This document shows, in pieces, positions 38,621 through 50,850 of a DNA stretch of 64,000 nucleotides. This DNA comes from Sphaerodactylus townsendi (taxonomy: Eukaryota): assembly GCF_021028975.2 (NCBI RefSeq), contig NC_059432.1:41540001-41604000 (forward strand), given 5' to 3'. The notes beneath the pieces were generated by a model. It saw only the letters and a program-made list of their open reading frames with translations, was not told the origin of the DNA and did no database searches. Position 1 is the stretch's first letter, and the number at the start of each line of letters is the position of its first letter. A program made the position numbers and the translations under genes.

Positions 38621-40903
38621 ATCTGGCAGCAAGGTCCCAGAGGGCTTCAGTGGCTCCAGATTGAACAACAGGCAGCAGGCCAAATTAATCTGGCAAGCCT
38701 CCCAGACAATATAATCCTCCAACCGCTCAGCCAATACAAGCACTACTGAAATGAATGGGACAGCTCTGTAAGCAGGAAAACCACAGTTTCCAGATGTGCA
38801 GGTACTCACCTCAAATTAAAAGGAAACAGATTAGAGAGTCCATATCCAAATCTACATAAAACACATTAAAGACGACAAAATATCTTTAGGACCACATGGC
38901 CTGTCAGTTGCAGTTGCGTTCTGTAACCAGCTACACATAAGTAATCCAATTGAAACACCTGGGATTATACACTTGCAACTTTTTAGGCTCATGGTTCTTG
39001 ACTGCAGCTGCAATCCTATCCACACTAGCCCGACAATAAGCCCCACTGAACAAATTGAGACCTCTGAATAGAATTGCACTGTGCTTCATCCAATTTTTTC
39101 TTCTGTAATGGTTTAAGAAGGGCAAATTGCAAATTATTATAATATGGCAGCCCCATATTATAAAAACAATTTGAGAGGAATTGTTGAAATAGTTAAAACA
39201 TATTCCTGACAAAATCAGTTTTTATTTCAATGTATTCACAAGAGAAATTCCCCCATTAAAAATTAACACAGTTAAACAGAATTCTGTTCCAGTACTCCCT
39301 TTGGAACCACTATTTTTATCTGAAGGAGGAAAATAGGATTTACTTCTTTAAGCTCTTTGGCCTTAAAACCGCTTTCCTCACACAGAGCCAGTCAAAGTCA
39401 TCGCAGTGGACAGAGGACGTGTCTTTTCAGATCACAGAAGCAAAATGATTGAAGTCAAGGGAAAATGCATGACAACAGAGTTAAAATTAATTCAAGGCAA
39501 ATACAAGGTTACATTCTATACATAAATTTTATTTCTCCATTGCTGTATAATAAAATACATAAAATTTAACCAATTGTCTACAAGGAATACTTTAAAACCT
39601 TTTCTCCTTCATTTTCTCTGGTAATACATTCTCTTTCAGATCTGGGAAACTGTAGCTCTGTTGGGAGTATCCACATTGTTTATTATGTATTAATTGGGTT
39701 TGGGAGCTCATATATACAATCTCTTTATGAACAAAGTATTTTTGTAATATTTTGTCAGAAACATACTGTGCTTTCTCAGTTACTGATAATTCACTATACA
39801 AATTATACCTAATTTTCAACAAGGCCAATCTGTGGACGCTTAAACTCAGAGACTGGAGTCATGAAAAGACAGATTTCTCTGCAGTTCTGAAAAAGCCCAG
39901 GTTTGCAGAAAAATCTGAACTCCTAAAAGGCTAATCTTCACCCCCACTGATAGAAGCTGTGCCCATAACTTCAACAAATGAATGTCTGGACAGTACTCAT
40001 TGTAGGGGTTACTAGTCAACAACAATAGTATTGCCAGCCTTCAAGCCTTGGTTTCTCTCAGTGAAAGGCAAAGAGAAAGAGTGAGGCCCCTTCTGGGGTT
40101 GCTTTGGCCTTTGATGGAGGTCATGTCAGGGCCAGGCCTGGCAGCAACCACAACAATACTTGATACTACACAACTAGCATGACTCACACAGGCCTGACTG
40201 CTTGCTACTGTTTAACAGTAGACCACCCCACAAAAGCCAGTATGCTGTAGTGACAATTTTAGAATAGAATCTGGAAGACCCTGGTTTGAGTGCCCACTCA
40301 TGTAAGTTTATTGGTCCTTAGGCCAGTGATACATTCTCAGGGTTTTTGTTGAAGATAGAGGATATGTGAGCTGCTCTGGGTCACCAGTGGGAAGAAAGGA
40401 AATTAATAAATGAATAATGAATATAGCTGAAGATTAGGAACAGATAAAAGGTAGATTGGGTAGTGAGTGGAATGGAGAGAAAGAATCAGGGAAATGTGAG
40501 AATATAAGTGTTGCTAGGAAGAAGGAAAGAGGAAATAATGTAAGAAGGATACACAGGAAATAAGGTGCTATTCAAAAGTCTTTGCAGGTTCCTTATTGCA
40601 TAACTGGATTTGGCCCAGTAGCTGGCACCACACAACTCAACCTCGTTTTTCCAGGGAGATTACCAGGGAGAGCTAAAGACAGAGGCATATAGGTTGTGGG
40701 TGGGAAGAAAAAGAAGCAGAAAAAGGAGAGATGTTATGCAGGCTTTCAAAGAAGGGAAAAATAAAATAATGGGGGAAGGAAAATGTGGATGTCTTTCAGG
40801 TGCCTGCTTGCTGTTTTTAAACATTTACCATGTCATCATATAATTTTAGAAGTAATTAACACTGGTGTTTATTTGGTGGTTAAATATTTGGTGTTTATTT
40901 GGT

Positions 40904-41080
40904 GGTCAAGTCACAGCTGACTTATGGTGACACCATAGTGTTTTTAAGGAAGAGTTCAGCAAAAGTGGTTAGCCATTGCCTGCCTCTGTGTAGGAAACTG
41001 GGAGTTCCTTGGTGATCACCCATCCAAGTACAAACTGGGGCCAACCCTGCTTCGCTTCCAGGATCTGATGAGATTGGGCT
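40904..41080 (-). mobile_element. 5S rRNA-derived SINE with Sauria/Bov-B-like tail
   Basis: Minus strand GCCCAATCTCATCAGATCCTGGAAGCGAAGCAGGGTTGGCCCCAGTTTGTACTTGGATGGGTGATCACC aligns to the 5S internal control region; same tail as 31978. Confidence 0.75.
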
Positions 41081-42244
41081 AACCTAAACTATGATGTTTA
41101 TTTAGTACCTTGAGAATTCCATGGTTCCAAGTTAGTGGACTTAGAATGGTATAACTGTTTGGAATTGCTCTGTTTGTAGCTTAAGTTACTTATTATGTAC
41201 CTGGTATAGAAGCATATTTGGTTTCTGCCAGCAAAAGCATATTGCAATTGCCTTGCATTGTGATGAACATCCTCTATTTGCAGTCCTAAGAATGTTTCTA
41301 GGAAGTAAATTTAAGTGAATCTAAAGGCATTGATTGCAAAAAAAAGGTTATTGTTATTTATTGAATCTACCAGCATGTAGCTCTCAGAATATCTTACAAA
41401 ACAAAATGTGAAAAATGAAAAGGATAAAACTTAATAACCAATTTTTTAAAAATGAAACATCAATAATACAAGACAAGACTAGCAGCAGGATTGAACATGT
41501 AGGTTTAGATCCAATGACTTCCTTCCATGTAGTGAAATGTTGCAAAGACATTTTAAGGTATTTTGGTACTACCACCATCCCCACACACACATTACCTTCT
41601 GAACAGAACATTTTGAGTTCCTAGGATATATCTCAGTTATTGTAGAATATAAAAGCAAATCAGATGTAAAGGTGAGACACAGTAAATATACCCAAAAAAA
41701 CCAAATCTTGTGAATTCACTATACATGTGATATTTGAACCAGCATCTTCTCACAACACACATAATCATTACAGTAGACCAGTTTTCTAGATTACCAGAGA
41801 CCCACAGTTCATCAGAAACAGCTAGGACATCAATCCTGAGCAGGTCTACTCAGAAGTCTATAAGATCTATTCAGTGAGCCTACTCAGTGTTCTTAGGATT
41901 GCATTTTATGTGTTCAGAAGCATTTCCCACATTTCAGTATGGCACATAAGTGCAAATGAAAACTACATCTGTGTGTATTTGAACTTGCTACCCTACCAGC
42001 TTCACTGAACTTGATGCCCCAGGACCAAAATTATTTCTTTCCTCTGAGTGCTAAAAAATTTTCATAGTTTAAAATGGAACTGTACAGGAGGTAGTAAAAT
42101 ATTTAGAGCTCGCACCATGGCTCAGCTAATTTTGTGACAGAAATGTGTATATCAAACAAAGCATTACATCCAAGTATGAATGTGAAAAGGATATAAGAAA
42201 ATGCTAATGGCAAAATGTCACAAAAGGTTTTTAAAAAACCAGTC

Positions 42245-42452
42245 AAATCAGGGCCATCAGGTCCAACCCCCTGCCATGCAGGAATACACAGTCAAAGCAC
42301 TCCTGACAGATGACCATCCAGCCTCTGTTTAAAAACCTCCCAAGAAGGAGGCTCCACCACACGTCAATCCAGTGTATTGAACTGTCGAACTGCCCTTTCC
42401 ATCAGGAAGTTCTTCCTAATATTTAGGTGAACTCTCTTTTTCTGTACCTTCA
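42245..42452 (-). mobile_element. CR1 3' end fragment
   Basis: Matches 20145-20365. Confidence 0.8.
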
Positions 42453-43123
42453 ATGGCAAGAAGAATATATGTCCAATCTAAAGAGTATGTGTATAAGAAG
42501 AGTATATGTTCAACTTGATGTAAAAAAATAGCAAAAGTTCTGATTCTGTGCACTCAAATATATTCGAAGTAAATAACACCAAATCCCATTTTTTAAATCC
42601 CAGAGTTATAATTTCCCATGTCACTTTAAATTATGCATACTAATGTCATATTTTACTTAAAATATGAGAACAGAGTCATACTGTAACTGAGCTTAGGAAA
42701 TTTCTCAGAAATGAGTCTTTTTACACATTCAAGTTGTAAAGATAGCTGCTTGTCTGTAGATGGCATCCAGTCTCTGAAGATGAGCAACTGTCCTGCTATT
42801 AGAGACTTTTACTAGCTGTCTTTTTATTAACTGTCTTGAAAAAGGGAAAGTTTAAAATGAGCATTTATTTCAGAACACCAACACTTTTTTCTTTCTTGTT
42901 ACAGGGCATTGGCATTTGTTGTGTAGGATCAAAACACAGATGCAGATTATCAGCTCTGAAATAATATTTAAAATAAGGGAAATCTTCAAAATTAGCACAG
43001 AAAGAATAACCTATAATAAAGTTGTATCCATCAAAAATATTCTGAGCAGTTTCACTTTATTTGACTTTTCCCTGTTCTATCCCAGCAAAAGTCAGGCTAA
43101 GATCAATTAACAATACTCTACAT

Positions 43124-43453
43124 CAGTGTTTCCCAACCTTTTCAAGGTCAGGGTACCCTTGACCACACTCTTCATATCTCACGGTACCCCTGCCGCCACC
43201 CTCTACCTTCTCCTCCCATTGCCCCTGCTTGCCACACACCCCACCTTCCCCTCCCAGGGTGAAGGGTAGCACTGGGGGTGGTGATGGCTGCTGACCTTGT
43301 GGCAGGCCCTGCCCCATGGGCCAGCTCCATGTCCTTGCTGGCGCCGGTGGGAGACACCACAAAAATGAGGGGGGGCGGTAGTGTTGCCACGGTACCCCTG
43401 GGACATGCTCACAGCACCCCAGGGTACCAGGGAACCCTGGTTGAGAATGGCTG
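43124..43453. mobile_element. hAT MITE
   Basis: TIRs CAGTGTTTCCCAACC / GGTTGAGAATGGCTG; TSD CTCTACAT/CTCTATAT. Confidence 0.82.
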
Positions 43454-43866
43454 CTCTATATCATTAATAAAACAAGAGCATACAAACCAATGTAGGACCA
43501 TAAAACACGAAATTAGTAATATATCTAAATACTTAAAAGAAGGCATCTTCAGTTATGTTTGAGTGGGCAGATGTGTGACACAGCTGAAACTTATTTTATT
43601 AATCAAAAGAATAATCCCTGTTTAAAAGACTTTGGTTGCTCAATTCAATATAAGGTGACAAAAAGTGAAGAATCATCTGTAGTTTGTGGTGGTTACAAGA
43701 GCTGATTTCGAAACACCATGTAATGAAACAGCCCTATCAGCTTTACTGTGAGCTTTACTAAGCAAGTTTACTATCAGCTTTACTAAGCAAGTTTACTCAG
43801 AAGTAAGACCCATGTTATTCAGTGGGGTTTATTCTCAGAAAGGATCCTCAGGATGTTAGCCTAAGC

Positions 43867-44032
43867 CAGCAGTTCAACTTGGGGGTCGAACGACCCTTTC
43901 ACAGGGGTCGCCTAAGACTCTCTGCATCAGTGTTCTCCATCTGCAAAATGGATAAAAGTTAGGGTTAGGGGTCACCACAACATGAGGAACTGTATTAAAG
44001 GGTTGTGGCATTAGGAAGGTTGAGAACCACTG
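43867..44032. mobile_element. SPIN-family MITE, second copy
   Basis: Same sequence with a small deletion near the left end; perfect TSD GCCTAAGC. Confidence 0.88.
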
Positions 44033-45915
44033 GCCTAAGCTATCATGGACGATTATTGAATATGGTCCTACCTTTAGAATGCTGGACACATCAAATACAA
44101 TGCACCCAGATGCATAGAATTCAAACAATTGCCTTCTAGCCACAGAGAATGCTAATATTTCCCAGTCTGACTCTAATTTCAGCCTGTGATTACTCAGTGC
44201 CACAATTTAGATTCAGGGATCTTCTTGGACAGATCTTTTGTTTAGACCTTAACAATTTCAAGTCCTGATTATTAGGGTGTTCTTGTTCTTCAATTCTTCC
44301 CAAACCTATTATACAAACCATACAAAAGCTACTTGGATCACAGAGGAAGGAAATTTTCTTCATCTTTGTCAACTGTGAACAGTCCATCCATTAAATTAGC
44401 AAGATTTTTGTTTTTCCATTGCCTTTGGTCCTTGCTCAACCACATAAGAAAGTTACCGTATCTCTAACAGTACACTCTTATACAGACTTACTCCAGTATA
44501 AGCCTGTTGATTTCTGTGGACCTGCTGAAGCAATTCTGCATAGGATTGCTCTGGATATAAACTGCATGACAATATAATCTGCAGATGTGATGGAATGTAA
44601 AACGCTGTTATTTTACAAAGGAGTGGGACAATTAATTTGAAAAGGAATGCCACAGACTCCGAGCACTGTTAAAATGCTGAAGTTTTACTTAGCCATTTAT
44701 TCATTAATTAATAATAAGAATCTCCATAATAGAAAACTGGTGTAGCATAGCAGTGGTTGAATTATGAATCAATCTATCCCAGGTTCCATATAACTATGCA
44801 GAAACTTAACTAGATGTTCTTAGAGCCTGGCCCTCTCTTTTTAGTCACACATCTACAATACAGGACAAACAACAAGAGAATATAAGTGAAGCACTTTCCA
44901 AAGCAATCCATAAATAAATACTAATGGCTACTACAGTTACTTTAGTAGGCAATTGTGCACAACTCAACAGTCTTTCTCGGGATACTCTGCCCCCAAAACA
45001 CTGTGTAATAAGTAGTGCCTTATTTTGGAACCAAATCATTTCTTATCTTGGGTGCTGTGTGGTTTCCGGGCTTCGACAATACATTTCTTATCTATTTTTT
45101 ATCTAAGCTTGAGATTCAATAACAGAATGCATGTTCACCAACTATAGGCACAACCGGCCAAAATCCCTAGGAGAATTCACTTTCTAGATGTTTTATCACA
45201 GTTCATGACTATCTGTTAAGAAATGAGAATAAGGAGGATAAGATAAATAGTGGTTACTATATTGGCATGTTAATTGATTGTTAACAAGGAATGAATATGC
45301 TGCCTGTGATTGCTTCCCTTCCCCTCTTTACCCCACCCCCACCACATTGTGTGTCTGTCACCCTTTTTGAAGTTTGTTTACTCAGCTGTCATTTTTGAAG
45401 TCTGCTTACTCAGTTTTGGCCCCTCCATTTTCATTGCTGCAACTGAATGTTTGTTTCATTTACATGTTTTACGCAGTTATACATATGGCAAAATTATACA
45501 CACACACACACACACACAATGTGTAATGCTGATATACTAATACACAAAACAGGGAAACGTTATGTACATTTCATTTAAAAATCAGTGCAAGAGAACAGAA
45601 AATGGTGCAGTAAAAACTTGTGGGTTGTTTAAATACAATTGCATCCCCACTGTTATCTCTGACAGCAGAATGATAATTCTATGTTTGCAGCAACCTGCTA
45701 CACAATTCCTCTGGCAGAATTACATTTCTATTGATAGAAGAAGAGGTTGCCATTTACATCATTCCTTCATCTCACTTGCCCCCTATGCTGTTGAGGGTCT
45801 CCTGACCACTAGGAATAAAATGGGGGCGGGGGTCAGGGGGCAGAAGCAGAACAAGTACCACTCAGCAAAGTCTGAGGATTTGAACCACACACCAGTATAC
45901 CTCTGAGCCAACTGC

Positions 45916-47471
45916 CAGTGGCGACCAGCAAAGGCTAGCTACAATGGGGATATCCCGGGACAAATGTCCCTGATGCCTCCTTGTGGGGGCGCAAAAATTG
46001 CAAGCTTGTTTGTGGCTTTTTGTATTTTTAGTGTTTTTTCCATTTTTTGCCTGCAGGGGGCGCGGTTTTTAGGCTAGCGGCACCACAACTTCAGGCTATC
46101 ATCAGGTGACTCTCCTGATGATACCAGCCAAGTTTGGTGAAGTTTGGTTCAGGGGGTCCAAAGTTATGGACCCCCAAGGGGTTACCCCATCCCCCATTGT
46201 TTCCAATGGGAGCTAATGGTAGATGGGGCTACCCTTTAGAGCCGTGGTGGCGAACCTTTGGCACTCCAGATGTTATGGACTACAATTCCCATCAGCCCCT
46301 GCCAGCATGGCCAATTGGCCATGCTGGCGAAAGACTGATGTAATCCACTGCTTATCTGGAAGTCTCCTACTATAGGAGTCCCATAACTTTGGACCTCCTA
46401 AATCAAATTTCACTAAACCTAGGTGGTATCATAAGGACAGTCTCCTGCTGATACCACCCAGGTTTGGTGAAGGTTGGTTCAGGGGGTCCAAAGTTATGGA
46501 CCCCCAAATGGGGTGCCCCATCCCCCACTGTTTCCAATGGGAGCTAATAGTAGATGGGGCTACCCTTCTGAGGGTCCATAACTTTGGACCCCCTGAACCA
46601 AACTTCAGCAAACCTGGGTGGTTTCATCAGGAGGGTCTCCTGAAGATAGCCTAAAATTTTGGTACTGTTAGCTTAAACATTGCTCCCCTGACATGCACCC
46701 TCAAATTTTTCCCAGGTTCTCTCTTTAAATCCACGCCCTTTGGAGTGGATTGAAAGGGAGAATCTGGGCTCCCTACATTCAAAAAACATTGAAAGTATTG
46801 CTGAAGGCTTTCACAACCAGATTCAACTGGCTGTTGTGGATTTTACAGGCTGTGTGGCTATGGTCTGGTAGATCGTGTTCCTAATGTTTCGCCTGCATCT
46901 GTGGCTGGCATCTTCAGAGCTGTATCACAGAGAGAAGTCTGTTAAAAGAGAAGTCTGGACAACAGTGTATAACAGACTTCTCTCTGTGATACACCTCTGA
47001 AGATGCAGGTGAAACATTAAGAACAAGATCTACCAGACCATGGCCACGCAGCCCAGAAAACCCACAATAACCAACAATAAAATGATGCTGTTTAGGGGGG
47101 AGAATCTACCCTGAAACAGCATCACTTTCAATGTTGTTTAAACTTGGGAGCCCAGAGTCTCCTTTTAAGGTGGATTTAAAAGGAGAATCTGGGCTCTCTA
47201 GTTTAAACAACATTAAAAGTGATGCTGTTTCAGGGTAGATCCCCCCCTTCAAAAAATAGCATAACTTTCAATGTTGTTTAAACTAGAGAGCCCTGGGTGT
47301 GTACAAATTTGTGTGTTGGGGCATGTTCTATAATGTGATGGTGACTTTGAGACGACCTGGTGCAAAAAATGTTGTTTGGTCATAGTGGGGGAGGGTGGCT
47401 GCCCTGATTGGGGGGCGGGGCGCAAAACTCAGATTTTGCCCAGGGCTCCATTTTCCCTAGCTACGTCTCTG
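45916..47471. mobile_element. Composite non-autonomous DNA element with internal direct and inverted repeats; contains a truncated MITE (~46242-46340) and a Penelope fold-back
   Basis: CAGTGGCG.. and ..CTAGCTACGTCTCTG ends; repeated GGTTCAGGGGGTCCAAAGTTATGGACCC units in both orientations; no clear TSD. Confidence 0.55.
46803..47074. mobile_element. Penelope-like element terminal repeat, inverted (fold-back) pair
   Basis: CTGAAGATGCCAGCCACAGATGCAGGCGAAAC signature on both strands. Confidence 0.8.
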
Positions 47472-47929
47472 GCAACCAGGGAGGAAAAGGCACTACTTTC
47501 AAGCCTTGCTTATGAGCTTCTAAAGGTTTGCGAACACGGGTACTTTTAAAAACCAAATGGCAGACTAGAAGGCCCATGGCTTGACTCAACAGGGCAGCTT
47601 TTATGTTGTTGTCACTCTGCTTTCCTTATGTGAAACATATCAATAGCAACCAATCAAAGGAGCTGCTGAGAAACCCAGGTTGAGTCAAAGAGGAATGCAT
47701 CAAATCTGTCACTTTACCATAAACACCTTTATATTAGGATAGTAGATGATGATGTCCCTTATAAAGCCTCATGCCAGCTCTGACAGTGACCCATAGGATA
47801 ATAGTGCTCTCGGGAAGGGATGGATTTTTCCTTGAGGAAAGGAAGCCCAAATATTTCCTGGTGTCATACATTGGTTTTCCTGGCTCCAGATTCTGTATTA
47901 TTATAGCTTTCATTTAGCCTTAAGAATAT

Positions 47930-49111
47930 ATGGGGTTGCCTTATTCTGAATCAGACATGCAATTCATCCAGTATTGCCTACAATTAATCCAGAATTGCCA
48001 ATAATGATTGGCCGCAGCCCTGTTAAGTCCAAAATAGTGGTATTTTCCAATACTTTCAGCCATATGAGATGGTCCATCCAAGGTGTTGATATTGAACAAG
48101 CTAAACTGTTTAATAGTATTCCACCACAAGTTAAGTTGGACCACTCACAGAGATAACATTCTTAAAGGCTGCAAAAATCTGTCCACTGCACTACTGAAAT
48201 TTTTCAATATCAATGGTGGTAAGTTTATCCCAGCAGCGCTGAAAGTGTTTAATGCCAAGGTGGTCCAGCACCTTTTGTATGGTATTCCCATCTGGATCCA
48301 AGCTTGGAATGAGAATATGGAATGCATTCAACCAAATTTTTTATATAATATTTTGGCACCCTGCGTTGTGTCCCCTATGGTGTTCTTTGTTTTGAATCAG
48401 GGCAACATCTGTAGAAACTAGGGCATGGGCTGTAACCTTTAAGTTCTGGTTGCGTCTCTGTTTTTGTACAGATCCAAACAGTCTATCCCAATTAGAAATG
48501 CGGGAGCTCCAGCTTTTGAAATGGTGGCTCCATATTGAAGAAAAATATTTTCCTCTGATTTCGCCTAGGAGTCCTACGTATGCTCACTGCTATGGAGATT
48601 TATCATCATCTCAAGACTAGATTATTTGACCATGAATATCAATTTCTTCTGAGCAAAGCTCTTGCTCCCCATTATACTTTGGGATTACCCCTCAGAAATC
48701 TTGCCCTGCTATCTACTTGGAACAGCTTGTTAACTATAAGCTTAGATGGGTCATGACTAGAGCAAGATGTACGGTAACTCTTTTCCCTCAGTCACACTTC
48801 AAGGTCGCTTTCTTAATATCCCACATATTGAGCGTCGTTGTCGGTTTTGCCCTTATATAGTTGATTCACTTTTTCATGTCTTGCTCTATTGCCCGAAATA
48901 CAACATCATCAGAAGTGATTTGACTGCTTTACTACCGACAGGATTCATGATTCTTTCAGATAAAACAAAAATATCTAAGCTTTTGAACAATCTTAATGTT
49001 GAAATGTCTGAAGCTGTAGCCATATTTTAATGCGTGTTTTACAAGATGTGCAATAGTGTTCCTCCTACTGTAAATTGGAAGTTTTCGGCACATGGTGGTT
49101 TTTATGCCTAA
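47930..49111 (+). mobile_element. Degenerate 3' part of a LINE (L2/RTE-X-like; clade uncertain); tail resumes at 51252-51273
   Basis: ORF pieces PAALKVFNAKVVQHLLYGIPIW and C-terminal zinc-knuckle GRFLNIPHIERRCRFC..HVLLYCPKY; (TTGAA)n tail beyond the Helitron. Confidence 0.75.
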
Positions 49112-49519
49112 CTAGCGTGGCCCGGCCACGCGTTGCTGTGGCTTATTGTGGTGAAATGGGAAAGGAACAGTAGCAGCAAATCAATTGCAGAGGCCAGCAG
49201 TACATGCTCATGCAAACATGCAGCCTGATACTGTGCGATGTCAGTGATGTGTGTTCCTGCATTCCTTGGGGGGGGGGGGAATGGAAAGGCACCCCTCCCA
49301 CAATAATACCTAGGCTGGCTGGTCATTGATCCTTTACCTGGGAGTAAGTTTGGTTGGTGGGCAATGGGTGTAAGCTTCTTGAGGAAACACCTCTGTGAGT
49401 CGCGAAAGCAGCTTAGCCATTCCAAAAGTATGTCATAGGCTGCTGTACTGAGCTTACTCCTGAGTAATGCGTGCCTGGTTTTTCTTAACTGTAACTGCAG
49501 TATTCAGGGACTCTTGGGT

Positions 49520-50086
49520 GCCTGGCCCCTCCCTCCCATCTCCTTGCAAGTCAGCCCCTCACTCTCTTCCCTCCCTCCCTTCTCTTCTCTTTGCATGCCA
49601 CCCTCCCCCCCCTCCCTTCCCTTTCCCTCCCCTAGGGTGGGGGGGTCCTATCAAGATTCTGGGCCCCCTGCCTTCCCCTCTCCTTGCATGCAACCCCTCA
49701 CTGTCTCCCTCCCTCACTTCTCTTCCCTTTTGCATGCCACTCCATCCCCTCCCTCCCTTCCCTTTCCCTCCGCTTAGAGGTGGGTGGGTCATATCAAGAA
49801 TGCTGGGCCCCTGCCTCCCCTCCCTTGCATGCCACCCCTCACTCTCTTTCCCTCCCTCCACTTCTCTCTCTTCCCTTGCATGCCACTCCTCCCCCTCCCT
49901 CCCTCCCCTTTCCCTCAGCTAGGGGTGGTGGTGGAGTCATATCAAGATGTAGGGCCCCCTGCCTCCCTCCCTTTGCATGCCACAGCTCACTGTCTCCCCC
50001 CTCTCTCCGCCTTCTCTTCCCTTGCATGCCTCCCCCCATCCGTCCCTTTCCTCCTCTCCTCCCTTCTCTTCCCTTGCATACCCACC
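49520..50086 (+). repeat. C/T-rich minisatellite inside the Helitron
   Basis: Three ~140-150 bp units anchored by TATCAAGA..GGGCCCC (~49650, 49790, 49940), with TTGCATGCCAC sub-repeats. Confidence 0.75.
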
Positions 50087-50489
50087 CAGTGAGTGGGATC
50101 CAAAAATTTTAGTAACAGAGTTCCCATGGTGTGGGATTCAGAACTGGCGTAGCGCCAATGGGGCTGGGCTGAGGCAGGGCCGATTTGGGAGTGGCGGGAA
50201 TCATTCCAGGGGCGGGGGGCATTACTGGGGCGGGGGGCTGTGGCAGGGCCTTGGCCGCTGTGCGGTCCTTGGGTGGGGCAGTCTGCATGGCTTGAGCTGC
50301 CACGCCGCCTTCAGTGCACCTCCTGCTAGACTGCTTCAAGTTCTGCAGCGCTACAGAGAAGAGCATTAACTAGGGCAAGAAATCACGTGACAAAATCACC
50401 AATTAGTAACCCCCTCTCGGCACACACAAATAATTAGGGTAACCTACTCATAGGAACCTGTGAGAAACCCTGCTGGATCCCCATCTCTG
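50087..50489. mobile_element. hAT-like MITE nested in the Helitron
   Basis: Ends CAGTGAGTGGGATCC / GGATCCCCATCTCTG; imperfect 8-bp flanking repeat. Confidence 0.55.
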
Positions 50490-50505
50490 ATGCCACCCCT
50501 CCCTC

Positions 50506-50850
50506 TCAGTGGCAGTGAGAGGTTAAGGAGCTCGATGTATCCTAATCTTGAAGGAACCGGGTTTGATTCTCCGTTCCTGTCCACTTGAGCTGTGGAGGCT
50601 TATCTGGGGAATTCAGAGTAGCCTGTATACTCCCACACACGCCAGCTAGGGTGACCTTAGATGAGTCAAGCAGCTTCTCGGAGACTCTCTCAGTCCCACT
50701 CCTACCTCATACAGGGTGTTTGTTGTAGAGGGGGGAAGGGCAAAGGAGATTGTCCAATTTGTCCCCCTTTGAGTCCTCCCTCACAGGAGGGAGAGAAGGG
50801 GGATCCTCAATCCAAACTCCTCCCTCCCTCCTCTTCCCTCTTCTTCTTTT
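50506..50850 (+). mobile_element. Same SINE family, nested in the Helitron
   Basis: Collinear with 7722-8035, with many small indels. Confidence 0.8.

Noticed and set aside
40990-41080. 5S rRNA gene
   Set aside because: Partial, diverged and fused to a retroposon tail, so it is a SINE
49467-50369. Cluster of Pro/Ser/Leu-rich ORFs
   Set aside because: Translation of the C/T-rich minisatellite
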